NCBI GenBank assembly: GCA_963774095.1
Contig: CAVZDS010000005.1
Span: 31,949 to 95,948, forward strand
Origin: an uncultured Thermoleophilaceae bacterium
GTDB taxonomy: Bacteria > Actinomycetota > Thermoleophilia > Solirubrobacterales > Thermoleophilaceae
Direction: 5' to 3'
DNA length: 64,000 nt
Shown: piece by piece, positions 44,467 through 55,109 of the stretch
Position numbering within the stretch: the first letter of the stretch is position 1
Layout of the letters: each line of letters starts with the position of its first letter
Made by a program: the position numbers and the translations under genes
Notes under the pieces: model-generated
The model's database searches: none
The model's input: only the letters and a program-made list of their open reading frames with translations
Told to the model about the DNA's origin: nothing

Positions 44467-44979
44467 GTGTTCGCCGTCGTCGTGACCGGGCCGCCTGGGG
44501 CGGGGAAGACGCTCTGCCTGATCGCGCTGACGGACGCGCTCGTCCCCGACGGCGTTCCTCACGCCACGCTCGACATGGACGAGGTGGCATGGGCCTATCC
44601 ATTCCCATCGATCGAGCAGCGCGCTGAGCTTCTGGCGAACGCGTGGGAGGGACACCGCCGGATGGGGCACGACCTGCTCCTCTTCTGTGAGGTCGTGGAG
44701 TCGGAGGCCCACCTTGCCGAGCTCCTGAAGAGCGTCGGCGCGGACGATCACCTGCTCGTTCGGCTCGAGACCACGCCCGCGACGCTGCGTGAGCGGATCG
44801 TGGCGCGCGAGCCGCCCGGCTGGTTCGGTCTCGAGGACCTCCTGGGCGAGGTCGAGCCCTATAGCGCCTCGCTCAGGGAACTGGACGGCGTGCACCTCGT
44901 GCTCGACAGCGAGGAGCTCACGCCGGAGGAGGAGGCCGCTCGGATACGAGCCGAGCGCCCGGACAGGCTCGCCGGATAG
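44467..44979 (+). CDS. Small P-loop NTPase / kinase-like protein (170 aa)
   Basis: GTG start. Walker A VVVTGPPGAGKTL. I recognise nothing further. Confidence 0.65.
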   Translation: MFAVVVTGPPGAGKTLCLIALTDALVPDGVPHATLDMDEVAWAYPFPSIEQRAELLANAWEGHRRMGHDLLLFCEVVESEAHLAELLKSVGADDHLLVRLETTPATLRERIVAREPPGWFGLEDLLGEVEPYSASLRELDGVHLVLDSEELTPEEEAARIRAERPDRLAG

Positions 44980-44988
44980 GCTCGCGCG

Positions 44989-46056
44989 GTGGGACTCGCG
45001 ATGCCCGTCGTGTGGAGCGACCGACACCGCCTGCACGATCCGGGGGGAGAGGTCTGGGTCGGAATCAGGACGCCCGGCACGGAGCTGCCCGAGCGCGCGG
45101 AGCGGATCAGGACCGCGCTCGAGGAGCGGGGCGCACGCTTCGTGGGCTCCCAGGAGCAGCCGTACGAGGCGCTCACGCGGATCCATTCACCCGAGCTTGC
45201 CGAGTACCTCGCGAGCGCGTGGGACGAGTGGGAGAACGCGGGCCTCCCGGAGGACCCGGGGCAGGACCGCGTGGTCCCGTACCTGTTCCCGCACCCCGAC
45301 CTCTTTTCCGGACGGGACGCACGCCCGGCCAGCTCGATCACCGCGCGCGCCGGCCAGTTCGCCTACGACACGATGACGCTGATCGGCCCCGGCACCTGGG
45401 AGGCCGCCCGCGCGGCGCTGGACACCGCCGTCACGGCGGCGCAGCTCGTGCTCGAGGGAGCGCCGGCCGCGTATGGGTGCACGCGCCCGCCCGGGCACCA
45501 CGCGACCCGCAGGGCCTTCGGCGGCTCCTGCTACCTCAACAACTCCGCCGCGGCGGCGGCGCATCTGCGCGCGGCGGGCCGCACTCCGGTGGCGGTGATC
45601 GACATCGACGCCCACCACGGCAACGGCACGCAGGCCATCTTCTGGGACGACGAGGGCATGCTCACCGGCTCGGTCCACGTGGACCCCGGCGCGGGCTGGT
45701 TCCCGCACTACCTCGGCTTCGAGGACGAGCGCGGTGTGGGTGACTCCAACCGCAACGTGCTCCTCGCACCCGGGAGCGGCGACGATCCCTGGCTCGAGGC
45801 GGTGGCCGAGCTGGCGGCCTGGACGAGCGAGCGCGGCGCGCAGGCGCTGGTCGTGGCGCTCGGCGTGGATGCCGCGGGCGACGATCCGGAGAGTCCCCTG
45901 GCGGTCACGCCGGCCGGCTTCCGCGCCGCGGGCCGCATGCTCGGAGGGCTGGGGCTCCCCACCGTGGTGGTGCAGGAGGGCGGCTACGACCTGGACGCGA
46001 TCGGCCAGCTGGTCTGCGAGGCACTGGAAGGAATCGAGGAGGGAATGAATGGCTGA
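44989..46056 (+). CDS. Histone deacetylase-family amidohydrolase (acetylpolyamine/acetoin-utilisation type)
   Basis: RPPGHHA and VIDIDAHHGNGTQAIF (the zinc and active-site motifs of the HDAC/AcuC/AphA family), then VVALGVDA. The start could instead be ATG 45001. Confidence 0.88.
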   Translation: MGLAMPVVWSDRHRLHDPGGEVWVGIRTPGTELPERAERIRTALEERGARFVGSQEQPYEALTRIHSPELAEYLASAWDEWENAGLPEDPGQDRVVPYLFPHPDLFSGRDARPASSITARAGQFAYDTMTLIGPGTWEAARAALDTAVTAAQLVLEGAPAAYGCTRPPGHHATRRAFGGSCYLNNSAAAAAHLRAAGRTPVAVIDIDAHHGNGTQAIFWDDEGMLTGSVHVDPGAGWFPHYLGFEDERGVGDSNRNVLLAPGSGDDPWLEAVAELAAWTSERGAQALVVALGVDAAGDDPESPLAVTPAGFRAAGRMLGGLGLPTVVVQEGGYDLDAIGQLVCEALEGIEEGMNG

Positions 46057-47914
46057 GGGCCGGTCGATCTGGGTCGGCAAGGACGAGCATCACGGCGTGC
46101 GCGCTCAGGCGCGCAAGGACCTGAAGCCGCCGCCGCACTGGCGTCTCGAGGCCGTGGCGGCCACTCCGATGCCGCACACGCTCACGGTCGGCGCGGACCG
46201 GCGCCGGGCCGTTTTCATCGAGGCTCGCGACACGTCCGACGTGTTCCTGCTCGACCTCGAGGGCGACGCCCTGCCCGAGCGCCTCACCAGCGGCCGCGAT
46301 CCCGTGCCGTGGTGGGACGACACCCCGCCGCGCCTGTCACCCGACTCCAGCAGCGTGGCCTACGCGGACGACGGGCACGTCTGGCTTGTGCCCACGGCGG
46401 GGGGCCCTCCGCGCAAGGTCGCGAAGGGCGGCAACCCGCGCTGGATCGACGCCCGCCGGCTGGTGATCAGCGTCGAGCGCGACGAGGACACCACCACCCG
46501 ACTCGCCGTCGTGGACATCGACGACCCCTGGCCGCAGCGCCTCGCCGTCGCGCACGGCGACCTCGACGCTCACGGCGACGAGGGCGAGGCCGCGCCCTCG
46601 CCCGACGGGACCGAGGTGGCCTACACGTTCACGCCCAGGGCGGACCAGAGCCGCAGCAGCGAGATCCGCGTGGCCACCATCGAGGCTGGCGAGGTGCGGC
46701 GACTCACCGGCGTGCCCGACATGCACGACGGCGGTCCGGAGTGGTCTCCCGACGGCAGCACGATCGCCTACGCATCCGAGCGCAGCGGGTTCTACGAGCT
46801 GCACCTGGTCGGTCACGACGGCGGGGACGACCGGCAGCTCACCAGCGCCGGGGCCGACCACCCGGCACACGACTGGCATCCGGACGGCACGCGGATCCTC
46901 GCCCCCAGGGGCTACCGCAACCGCTTCAGCCTTGTATCCGTGAACGCGGCGGACGGGAGCGCGGAGGAGCTGGCCCGCGGGGGTACCTGGTACGGAGCGC
47001 ACTGGACGGCGGCCGGCGACGTCCTGAGCGGCTACGAGGACCACGCCACGCCGCGGGAGCTCCGCCGCGTAAGGGCCGGAGCCGAGCCCGTGGCCGTTCA
47101 CGCGCCCGCCCCGAAGGCGATCCGCCGCGCCCCGCACGTGAAGCCGGAGGACGTGACCTTCGAGTCATTCGACGGCCTCGAGATCCCCGGCTTCCTGATG
47201 CGTCCGCGAAGCGCGTCGGCCGACAGCCCCGCGCCCGCGGTGGTCTACCCGCACGGCGGCCCGACCGACGCCTACGGTGACGATTGGGACGGGCACGCCC
47301 AGTACTTCGTCGAGAAGGGCTACGCCTGGCTCGCGATCAACTTCCGCGGCTCCACGGGCTACGGGCGCGAGTTCGAGCGCAGGAACCACGGCGACTGGGG
47401 CGTGGGCGACACCAAGGACTGCCTCGCGGCGGCGGACTACCTGCGCAAGCTCGACTGGGTCGACGGCGAGCGGCTCGGCATCTACGGCGCCAGCTACGGC
47501 TCCTACATGGCGCTGCTGTCGGTGACCGACGACCCCGAGCATCGCTTCCGCTGCGCGGTGCCGAAGTACGGCGACTGCGACATCGCGACGTCGTGGGCGC
47601 AGGGTGACCGGGAGGGCGTGCAGGACCTCGAGCGCATGATGGGCACCCCCGCGCAGGCGCGTGACGCTTACATCGCCGGCTCGCCCTATCACCGGCTCGA
47701 GAACATCGAGGTGCCGCTGCTGATCGCGCACGGGGAGCGCGACGAGCGCGTGAGCCCGAAGCAGTCCGAGCAGCTCGTCGAGCGGCTGCGGGAACTCGGC
47801 AAGACATTCGAGTACGTGACCTACCCGACTGAGGCACACGGCCTTCTCAGGGCGGGTCCTCAGCTCGATTTCTACCGGCGGCTCGAGCGCTTCCTCGACT
47901 GGCATCTGATGTGA
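46049..47914 (+). CDS. S9 family serine peptidase (prolyl oligopeptidase/acylaminoacyl-peptidase type with an N-terminal beta-propeller)
   Basis: SD GAGGAGGG upstream, and an 8-nt overlap with the previous gene. Propeller-like repeats (SPDSSSVAY, SPDGTEVAY, SPDGSTIAY). Nucleophile elbow GIYGASYGSYMAL. LLIAHGERDERV and the His region EAHGL. Confidence 0.88.
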   Translation: MAEGRSIWVGKDEHHGVRAQARKDLKPPPHWRLEAVAATPMPHTLTVGADRRRAVFIEARDTSDVFLLDLEGDALPERLTSGRDPVPWWDDTPPRLSPDSSSVAYADDGHVWLVPTAGGPPRKVAKGGNPRWIDARRLVISVERDEDTTTRLAVVDIDDPWPQRLAVAHGDLDAHGDEGEAAPSPDGTEVAYTFTPRADQSRSSEIRVATIEAGEVRRLTGVPDMHDGGPEWSPDGSTIAYASERSGFYELHLVGHDGGDDRQLTSAGADHPAHDWHPDGTRILAPRGYRNRFSLVSVNAADGSAEELARGGTWYGAHWTAAGDVLSGYEDHATPRELRRVRAGAEPVAVHAPAPKAIRRAPHVKPEDVTFESFDGLEIPGFLMRPRSASADSPAPAVVYPHGGPTDAYGDDWDGHAQYFVEKGYAWLAINFRGSTGYGREFERRNHGDWGVGDTKDCLAAADYLRKLDWVDGERLGIYGASYGSYMALLSVTDDPEHRFRCAVPKYGDCDIATSWAQGDREGVQDLERMMGTPAQARDAYIAGSPYHRLENIEVPLLIAHGERDERVSPKQSEQLVERLRELGKTFEYVTYPTEAHGLLRAGPQLDFYRRLERFLDWHLM

Positions 47915-47936
47915 AGCCATGAGAGAGTCCCGCGCC

Positions 47937-49727
47937 ATGAAGCGACTCGCTGCCGTGAGCGTCTCCGTCCTCCTGCTGGCCGGCCTGAGCGCCGTGGCGG
48001 CCCAGAGCCAGGACGACGGGGGTGGCGGCGGCGGCAAGCAGGTCGTGTTCGACGTGGGTGATCCTCAGGGGATCGACAGCATGAACCCGCTGATCGGGGT
48101 CACGGTGGCGGCCTACGAGGCGTGGAACATCCAGTACGCGACGCTCACCGACAAGGCGGCCAGCGACTTCCACACGATTCCCGGGCTCGCCAAGTCGTGG
48201 AAGGAATCCGACGGCGGCAAGACCTGGACCTACACGCTGCGCGACGGCCTCAAGTGGTCGGACGGCCAGCCGCTCACCGCCGAGGACATCGCGTGGAACA
48301 TCAACACCTCGCGCGACGAGGAGTGGATCAACCACAGCGCGACGACCGTGAACCTCGACGCGACGGCAACGGACGACACGACGCTCGTCATCAAGTCCAA
48401 GGTGCCCGACCCGAAGCTGCCGACCATGGACGTCTACATCCTGCCCAAGCACATCTGGAGCAAGATGAACGCGGACGAGCGCGGCAAGTACGACGCGACG
48501 GACGGCGTCGGCTCGGGCCCCTTCGTGCTGGAGCAGTTCGAGAAGGGCCAGTTCGCCCGCTTCAAGGCGAACAAGTACTACTGGGGCGGCAAGCCGGCCG
48601 TGGACAAGGTCGTGCTGCGGAAGTTCAACAACCCCGACGCGATGGTCGCCGCGCTGAAGACCGGCGAGCTGGACGCGGCCGAGGACATTCCGGGCGCGGC
48701 CTTCGATCAGCTCGAGAAGGACGACAACATCCAGACCATCGAGGGCAACCAGGGCGCTATGTCCGAGGTCGCCATCAACGGCGGCGACGGCCTCAAGAAG
48801 CCGCACCCGGCGCTGCTCGACCCGCAGGTGCGCCAGGCGATCGCGCACGCGCTCGACAAGAAGACGCTCGTGGCGCGCGTGCTGAATGGGCACGGTACGC
48901 CGACCGAGACGCTGAGCACCTCCCCCGACACGAGCTGGACGCCGGAGATCCCGGCCGACCAGGTCTACGACTTCGACCTCGACAAGGCGAAGCAGATCCT
49001 CGAGGACGCCGGCTACAAGGACACCGACGGCGACGGCGTGCGCGAGATGCCGGGTGGCGGCAAGCCGCTCAACTTCACGTACATGGTGCGCTCGGACGGC
49101 GAGACCGGGACCAAGATCGCCGAGTTCGTGACCGGCTGGCTCAAGGAGATCGGCATCGCGACCACCAAGAAGGTCGCAGACGACAGCCAGCTCACCGAGA
49201 TCATCGGCAAGGGCGACTACGACATCTTCTCGTGGGGCTGGACCCCGTTCGTGGACCCGGATCCGATGCTGTCGTACTTCACCTGCGACCAGATCGCGAG
49301 CGACCCGAAGGACCCGACGAACTACTACAACGACGCGAACTTCTGCGACCCGGAGTACGACAAGCTCTACCAGCAGCAGAAGGTCGAGCTCGACCGTGGC
49401 AAGCGCGAGGAGATCGTCCACGAGATGCTCACGCGCTTCCAGAAGTCGGCCGTCTACAACGTGATCTACACGTACCCCGACACGCAGGCGTACGTGAAGG
49501 ACCGCTTCGAGGGGTTCGTGCGCCAGCCGGCAAAGATCGGGCCGGTCGTCTACTCGAACACCTCGCCGAGCTACGCGCTGCTCAAGCCGGTCAGCGCGTC
49601 GAGCGGCGGTGACGACGACGGAGGCGGCAGCGGGACGATCATCGCGATCATCGTCGCGGCCGTGCTCGCGCTGGGAGCACTTCTGTTCGTGATGAGGCGC
49701 CGCCGCACCGCTGACGAACGCGAGTGA
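47937..49727 (+). CDS. ABC transporter substrate-binding protein, family 5 (peptide/nickel type), with an N-terminal signal peptide and a C-terminal TM anchor
   Basis: MKRLAAVSVSVLLLAGLSAVAAQS has no lipobox Cys. SBP5-like body (WNIQYATLTDK..., LKWSDGQPLTAEDIAWN, FSWGWTPFVDPDPML). The C-terminus is SASSGGDDDGGGSGTIIAIIVAAVLALGALLFVMRRRRTADERE. ATG 47919 is an alternative start. Confidence 0.85.
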   Translation: MKRLAAVSVSVLLLAGLSAVAAQSQDDGGGGGGKQVVFDVGDPQGIDSMNPLIGVTVAAYEAWNIQYATLTDKAASDFHTIPGLAKSWKESDGGKTWTYTLRDGLKWSDGQPLTAEDIAWNINTSRDEEWINHSATTVNLDATATDDTTLVIKSKVPDPKLPTMDVYILPKHIWSKMNADERGKYDATDGVGSGPFVLEQFEKGQFARFKANKYYWGGKPAVDKVVLRKFNNPDAMVAALKTGELDAAEDIPGAAFDQLEKDDNIQTIEGNQGAMSEVAINGGDGLKKPHPALLDPQVRQAIAHALDKKTLVARVLNGHGTPTETLSTSPDTSWTPEIPADQVYDFDLDKAKQILEDAGYKDTDGDGVREMPGGGKPLNFTYMVRSDGETGTKIAEFVTGWLKEIGIATTKKVADDSQLTEIIGKGDYDIFSWGWTPFVDPDPMLSYFTCDQIASDPKDPTNYYNDANFCDPEYDKLYQQQKVELDRGKREEIVHEMLTRFQKSAVYNVIYTYPDTQAYVKDRFEGFVRQPAKIGPVVYSNTSPSYALLKPVSASSGGDDDGGGSGTIIAIIVAAVLALGALLFVMRRRRTADERE

Positions 49728-50692
49728 GCGCCCGCTTCATCGCGACGAAGGTCGCGGGGTCGATCGTGACCCTGATCTTCGTCGTCTGCTTCAACTTCTT
49801 CCTGTTCCGCGTGGTCGAGGGCGACCCCGTCGCGAATCTGTACCGCGGCCGCAACCTGACCGAGCATCAGCGCGAGACGCTCACCAAGCAGTTCGGGCTC
49901 GAGGGCTCGAAGGGAGAGCAGTTCGTCGCGTACGTGAAGCAGACGCTGACGCTGAACCTCGGACGCTCGTACCAGGGCAACGCGCCGGTCTGGGGCGAGA
50001 TCAAGCGCAAGGCCGGCCCAACGATCGCGCTTGTAGGCGTCTCCGCGGTGCTGTCGGCGCTATTCGGCATCCTCCTCGGCATCGCCGCCGCGTGGCGAAG
50101 ACGCACGCCCACCGACTACGGGGTCACCGCGTTCAGCGTCGGCACCTACTCGATGCCGGACTTCTGGCTCGGGATGGTCCTGCTCACCTTCTTCGCGGTG
50201 GTGCTGGGATGGTTCCCCGTCGGCGGGCTCGTCGACCCGGCGTCCACAGCCACCGGCATCTCCAAGCTCGCCGACCAGGCGCAGCACATGTTCCTGCCGG
50301 CGCTCACCCTCACGGTCGGCTACCTCGGCGAGTACGCGATCATCATGCGCTCCTCGCTGCTCGACACAATGCGCGAGGACTACCTCGTGCTCGCGCGCGC
50401 GAAGGGGCTCAGGGACGTGCTCGTCCGCAACCGGCACGCGGTGCCGAACGCGATCCTGCCGGTGGTCGCCTTGCTCGCGATCAACTTCGGGTTCGTGCTG
50501 GCGGGGGCGATCGCCGTCGAGGCGATCTTCTCGTGGCCGGGGCTGGGGCTCGCGACCTACGAGGCCCTGAAGGGGCCGGACCTGCCGATGCTCCAGGGCC
50601 TGTTCCTTGTGTTCAGCGCGTCGGTGATCTTCTTCAACCTGCTTGCCGACCTCCTCTACGGCTACCTCGACCCGCGCGTGAGGTACTCGTGA
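49724..50692 (+). CDS. ABC transporter permease (DppB/OppB-like)
   Basis: GTGA overlap with the SBP stop. Typical N-terminus IATKVAGSIVTLIFVVCFNFFLFRV and the EAA-like region YLVLARAKGLRDVLVRNRHAVPNA. Confidence 0.88.
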   Translation: MSARFIATKVAGSIVTLIFVVCFNFFLFRVVEGDPVANLYRGRNLTEHQRETLTKQFGLEGSKGEQFVAYVKQTLTLNLGRSYQGNAPVWGEIKRKAGPTIALVGVSAVLSALFGILLGIAAAWRRRTPTDYGVTAFSVGTYSMPDFWLGMVLLTFFAVVLGWFPVGGLVDPASTATGISKLADQAQHMFLPALTLTVGYLGEYAIIMRSSLLDTMREDYLVLARAKGLRDVLVRNRHAVPNAILPVVALLAINFGFVLAGAIAVEAIFSWPGLGLATYEALKGPDLPMLQGLFLVFSASVIFFNLLADLLYGYLDPRVRYS

Positions 50693-51599
50693 ACGTGATC
50701 GCGGCGCCCTCGGCACGGAGGATCGCGTGGCTGCGGCGTCGCCGGGCATTCGGCCGGGCGTGGCACGAGTACCGGCACCACCTGCCGGGGATGATCGGGC
50801 TCAGCATCCTGGTGCTGGCCGTGGCCATGGCCCTGGCGGCACCGCTGCTGGCCGACGAGTCCGGGCTCAGGGCGATCAACGCCGTCGACAACCCGACCTT
50901 CGCGAGCCCGGCGAAGTTCGCGCCGCTCGGAACAGACGCTCTCGGGCGCGACGTGTTGACCCAGTTCATCTGGGGGGCGCGGACCAGCCTGCTGGTGGGC
51001 CTGGCCGCGACGGTGCTGGCGGTTCTGATCGGGTCGATCGTCGGAATCACCGCCGGCTTCTTCGGTGGCCGGACCGGCGGCCTCCTGATGCGGATCACCG
51101 AGTGGTTCCTCGTGATCCCGTTCCTCCCGCTTGCCATCGTGCTCGCCGCGATCCTGGGCCCGTCGGTGCAGAACATCATCATCGTGATCGGGATCACGTC
51201 GTGGCCGCAGCCCGCCCGCCTGATCCGAGCCCAGGTGCTCACGTTGAGGGAGCGCGAGTACGTGGACCGAAGCCGCGCGCTCGGCGCGTCGAACTGGCAC
51301 CTGATGACGCGCCACATCCTGCCGAACGTGTCGCCGCTGATCCTGGCCAACACCACGCTCACGGTGCCGATCGTGATCCTCTCCGAGGCGACGCTCTCGT
51401 TCCTGGGTCTCGGCGACCCGCTCAACCCGTCCTGGGGGCAGATGCTCGACGACGCCTTCCAGACGGGCGCCATCACCGCCGAGGCGTGGTGGGTGTTCAT
51501 CCCGCCGGGCCTCGGAATCATGCTCGTGGCGCTCGCCTTCACGCTCTGCGGGACTGCGCTCGAGGAGATCCTCGATCCGCGGCTACGGGACCGGCGCGG

Positions 51600-51603
<4 letters not shown>
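50689..51603 (+). CDS. ABC transporter permease (DppC/OppC-like)
   Basis: GTGA overlap. PLGTDALGRDVLTQFIWGARTSL and YVDRSRALGASNWHLMTRHILPNV. Confidence 0.88.
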
Positions 51604-52573
<970 letters not shown>

Positions 52574-52577
<4 letters not shown>

Positions 52578-53563
52578 CGGGCGAGCCGCTCCTGGAGGTT
52601 CGCGACCTCCACGTGCACTACCCCGGGCGCGAGGGTCCGGCGCGTGCCGTGGATGGCGTGGACCTCGCCATCCACCAGGGTGAGACCGTGGCGCTGGTGG
52701 GCGAGTCGGGTTGCGGCAAGACCACGCTGGCGCGCACGATCATGGGCCTTCGCCGGCCCGACTCGGGCGAGGTTCGCTTCCGCGGCGAGCCGCTCGACTA
52801 CGGCAAGGCGGGACTGCGCGAGCACCGCCGCCGCGCGCAGATGATCTTCCAGGACCCCACCGGCGCGCTGAACGCGCGGCAGACGCTCTACGAAGCGGTG
52901 GCCGAGGGCGTCCGGATCCAGGGCATCGAGGGCATCGAGGAGCAGCTCGTGGCGGACGCACTCGCCAACGCGGGCCTGCGCCCACCCGAGAGCTTCTTCA
53001 CGCGCTATCCGTACGAGATCTCCGGCGGCCAGCGCCAGCGCGTGGTGATCGCCGGCGCGATGGTGCTGAACCCGAGCCTGCTCGTGGCTGACGAGCCCGT
53101 CTCGGCCCTCGACGCCTCCGTGCGCGGCGAGATCCTGGCGCTCATGCTCGGCCTGGTGCGGGATGCCGGGATCACGGTGCTCGTGGTCACGCACGACCTC
53201 GGGCTGGCCTGGAACGTGGCGGACCGTGTGGCCGTGATGTACCTCGGGCGGATCGTGGAGGACGCTCCGGCCGAGCAGCTGCTCACCGCTCCGCAGCATC
53301 CCTACACGCGCGCTCTCCTGTCGGTCGTGCCTGAGACGAAGCACATGGAGCCGCAGATCCTCACCGGCGAGACACCGGACCCCACGCGCATCCCGTCCGG
53401 CTGCCGTTTTCACCCGCGCTGCCCGCTGGTGGAGTCGGGCGAAGCGGCGCGGCTCGGCATCGAGGAGCGCTGCCGCACCGACGATCCGCTGTTCCTTCCC
53501 GCCTGCCACGCCGTTCGGTTAGCTTCGGGCGATGAGCACGAGACTTACGTACACGAGCGGTGA
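52574..53563 (+). CDS. ABC transporter ATP-binding protein (DppF/OppF-like)
   Basis: GTGA overlap. Walker A GESGCGKTT, signature ISGGQRQRVVIAGAM, Walker B LLVADEPVSALD, and GCRFHPRCP. The 3' end overlaps the next gene by 32 nt. Confidence 0.9.
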
Positions 53564-55109
53564 TCTCGGAGCCGAGACGGACGCGGCCTTCGAGGCGGCG
53601 CTGGACGCGGCGCGGGAGGGAGACGCTGAGGCGCATCCCCACCTGATCGGCGGCGACTCGGCGTCGGAGGGCGAGCCCTTCGACCGCCGCGACCCGGCCC
53701 GCACGGCTCAGGTGGCGAGCAGCGCGCGGGCGGCGGGGCCCGAGCTGGTGGGGCGCGCTGTGGAGGCCGCGCGTGCCGCCGCACCCGGATGGGCCGCCAG
53801 CGCGTACGGGGAGCGCTGCGGGCTGCTCCGAGCCGTGGCGGACGGCATCGGCGCGCGCCACATGGAGCTCGCGGCATTGGCGAGTCTCGAGACCGGCAAG
53901 TCGCGGACCGAGTCGATCCTCGAGGTGCAGGAGGCGATCGACCTGATCGAGGCCTACGCCGGCCACATGGAGGAGAACGAGGGCTACACGCGGCCGCTCA
54001 ACAGCTTCGTCGACGGCGAGCGGAACCTCGACGTGCTGCGTCCCTACGGCGTCTTCGGCGTGGTCGCGCCGTTCAACTTTCCAGTCGCGCTGTCGGTGGG
54101 CATGTTCAGCTCGGCGCTCATCGCCGGCAACACGGTGGTCTTCAAGCCGTCGGAGGAGTCGCCCTCCACGGGCGCGGCGCTCGCGGAGATCGTGCAGGAA
54201 GCGGGGCTTCCGGCGGGCGCCTTCAACCTCGTGCACGGCGGGCCGGACACGGGTCGCGCGCTGGTCGATTCACCCGTGGACGGCATGGCGTTCACGGGCT
54301 CCGCCGAGGTGGGGCGCGAGATCGCCCGCAAGATGCAGGAGGGCCCGTATGCGCGCCCGGCGTTGACCGAGATGGGCGGCAAGAACCCGGCGATCGTGAC
54401 CGCGAGCGCCGACGTGGATGCCGCGGCGGAGGGGGTCGCGCGCTCGGCGTTCGGGCTCTCGGGTCAGAAGTGCAGCGCGTGCTCGCGGGCGATCGTCGCC
54501 GATGCGGTGCACGAGGAGTTCGTGGAGCGGCTCGCCGCCCGCGCGGCGGAGCTGCCGCTCGGTGACCCAAGCGACCGCGACGCGTTCGTGGGTCCCGTGA
54601 TCAACGAGGGCAGCGTGGAGCGCTACGCGCAGGCGGTGGCGACGGCCGAGCGCGACGGGCGCGTGGCGGCCGGCGGCGGCCGCCCCGACCTGCCCGGCCA
54701 CTTCGTGGAGCCGACCGTGGTGGCCGGCCTCCCGCACGGGCATGCGCTCGAGCGCGACGAGCTGTTCCTGCCGTTCGTGACCGTCACGCGCGTGAGCTCG
54801 TTCGACGAAGCGCTGGCCGAGGCGAACGCGCCGGTGTACGGGCTCACGGCGGGCATATTCAGCGGCGACGAGGCCGAGAAGGAGCGCTTCCTGGCCGAGA
54901 TCCAGGCGGGCGTCGTCTACGTGAACCGGCGCGCGGGCGCCACGACCGGGGCCTGGCCCGGCACGCAGACGTTCTGCGGCTGGAAGTCGAGCGGCTCTAC
55001 GGGCAAGGGAGGGCTCGGCGCCTGGTACCTGCCGCAGTTCATGCGCGAGCAGAGCCGGACAATCGTGGAGCTGAGCTCGGCCACGAGGCCCGCGAACGCG
55101 CCCAGGTAA
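53532..55109 (+). CDS. Aldehyde dehydrogenase family protein (PruA/RocA-like semialdehyde dehydrogenase type)
   Basis: FNFPVAL, VVFKPSEESP, FTGSAEVG, the catalytic Glu region TEMGGKNPAIV and the Cys region GQKCSACSR. Confidence 0.88.
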   Translation: MSTRLTYTSGDLGAETDAAFEAALDAAREGDAEAHPHLIGGDSASEGEPFDRRDPARTAQVASSARAAGPELVGRAVEAARAAAPGWAASAYGERCGLLRAVADGIGARHMELAALASLETGKSRTESILEVQEAIDLIEAYAGHMEENEGYTRPLNSFVDGERNLDVLRPYGVFGVVAPFNFPVALSVGMFSSALIAGNTVVFKPSEESPSTGAALAEIVQEAGLPAGAFNLVHGGPDTGRALVDSPVDGMAFTGSAEVGREIARKMQEGPYARPALTEMGGKNPAIVTASADVDAAAEGVARSAFGLSGQKCSACSRAIVADAVHEEFVERLAARAAELPLGDPSDRDAFVGPVINEGSVERYAQAVATAERDGRVAAGGGRPDLPGHFVEPTVVAGLPHGHALERDELFLPFVTVTRVSSFDEALAEANAPVYGLTAGIFSGDEAEKERFLAEIQAGVVYVNRRAGATTGAWPGTQTFCGWKSSGSTGKGGLGAWYLPQFMREQSRTIVELSSATRPANAPR

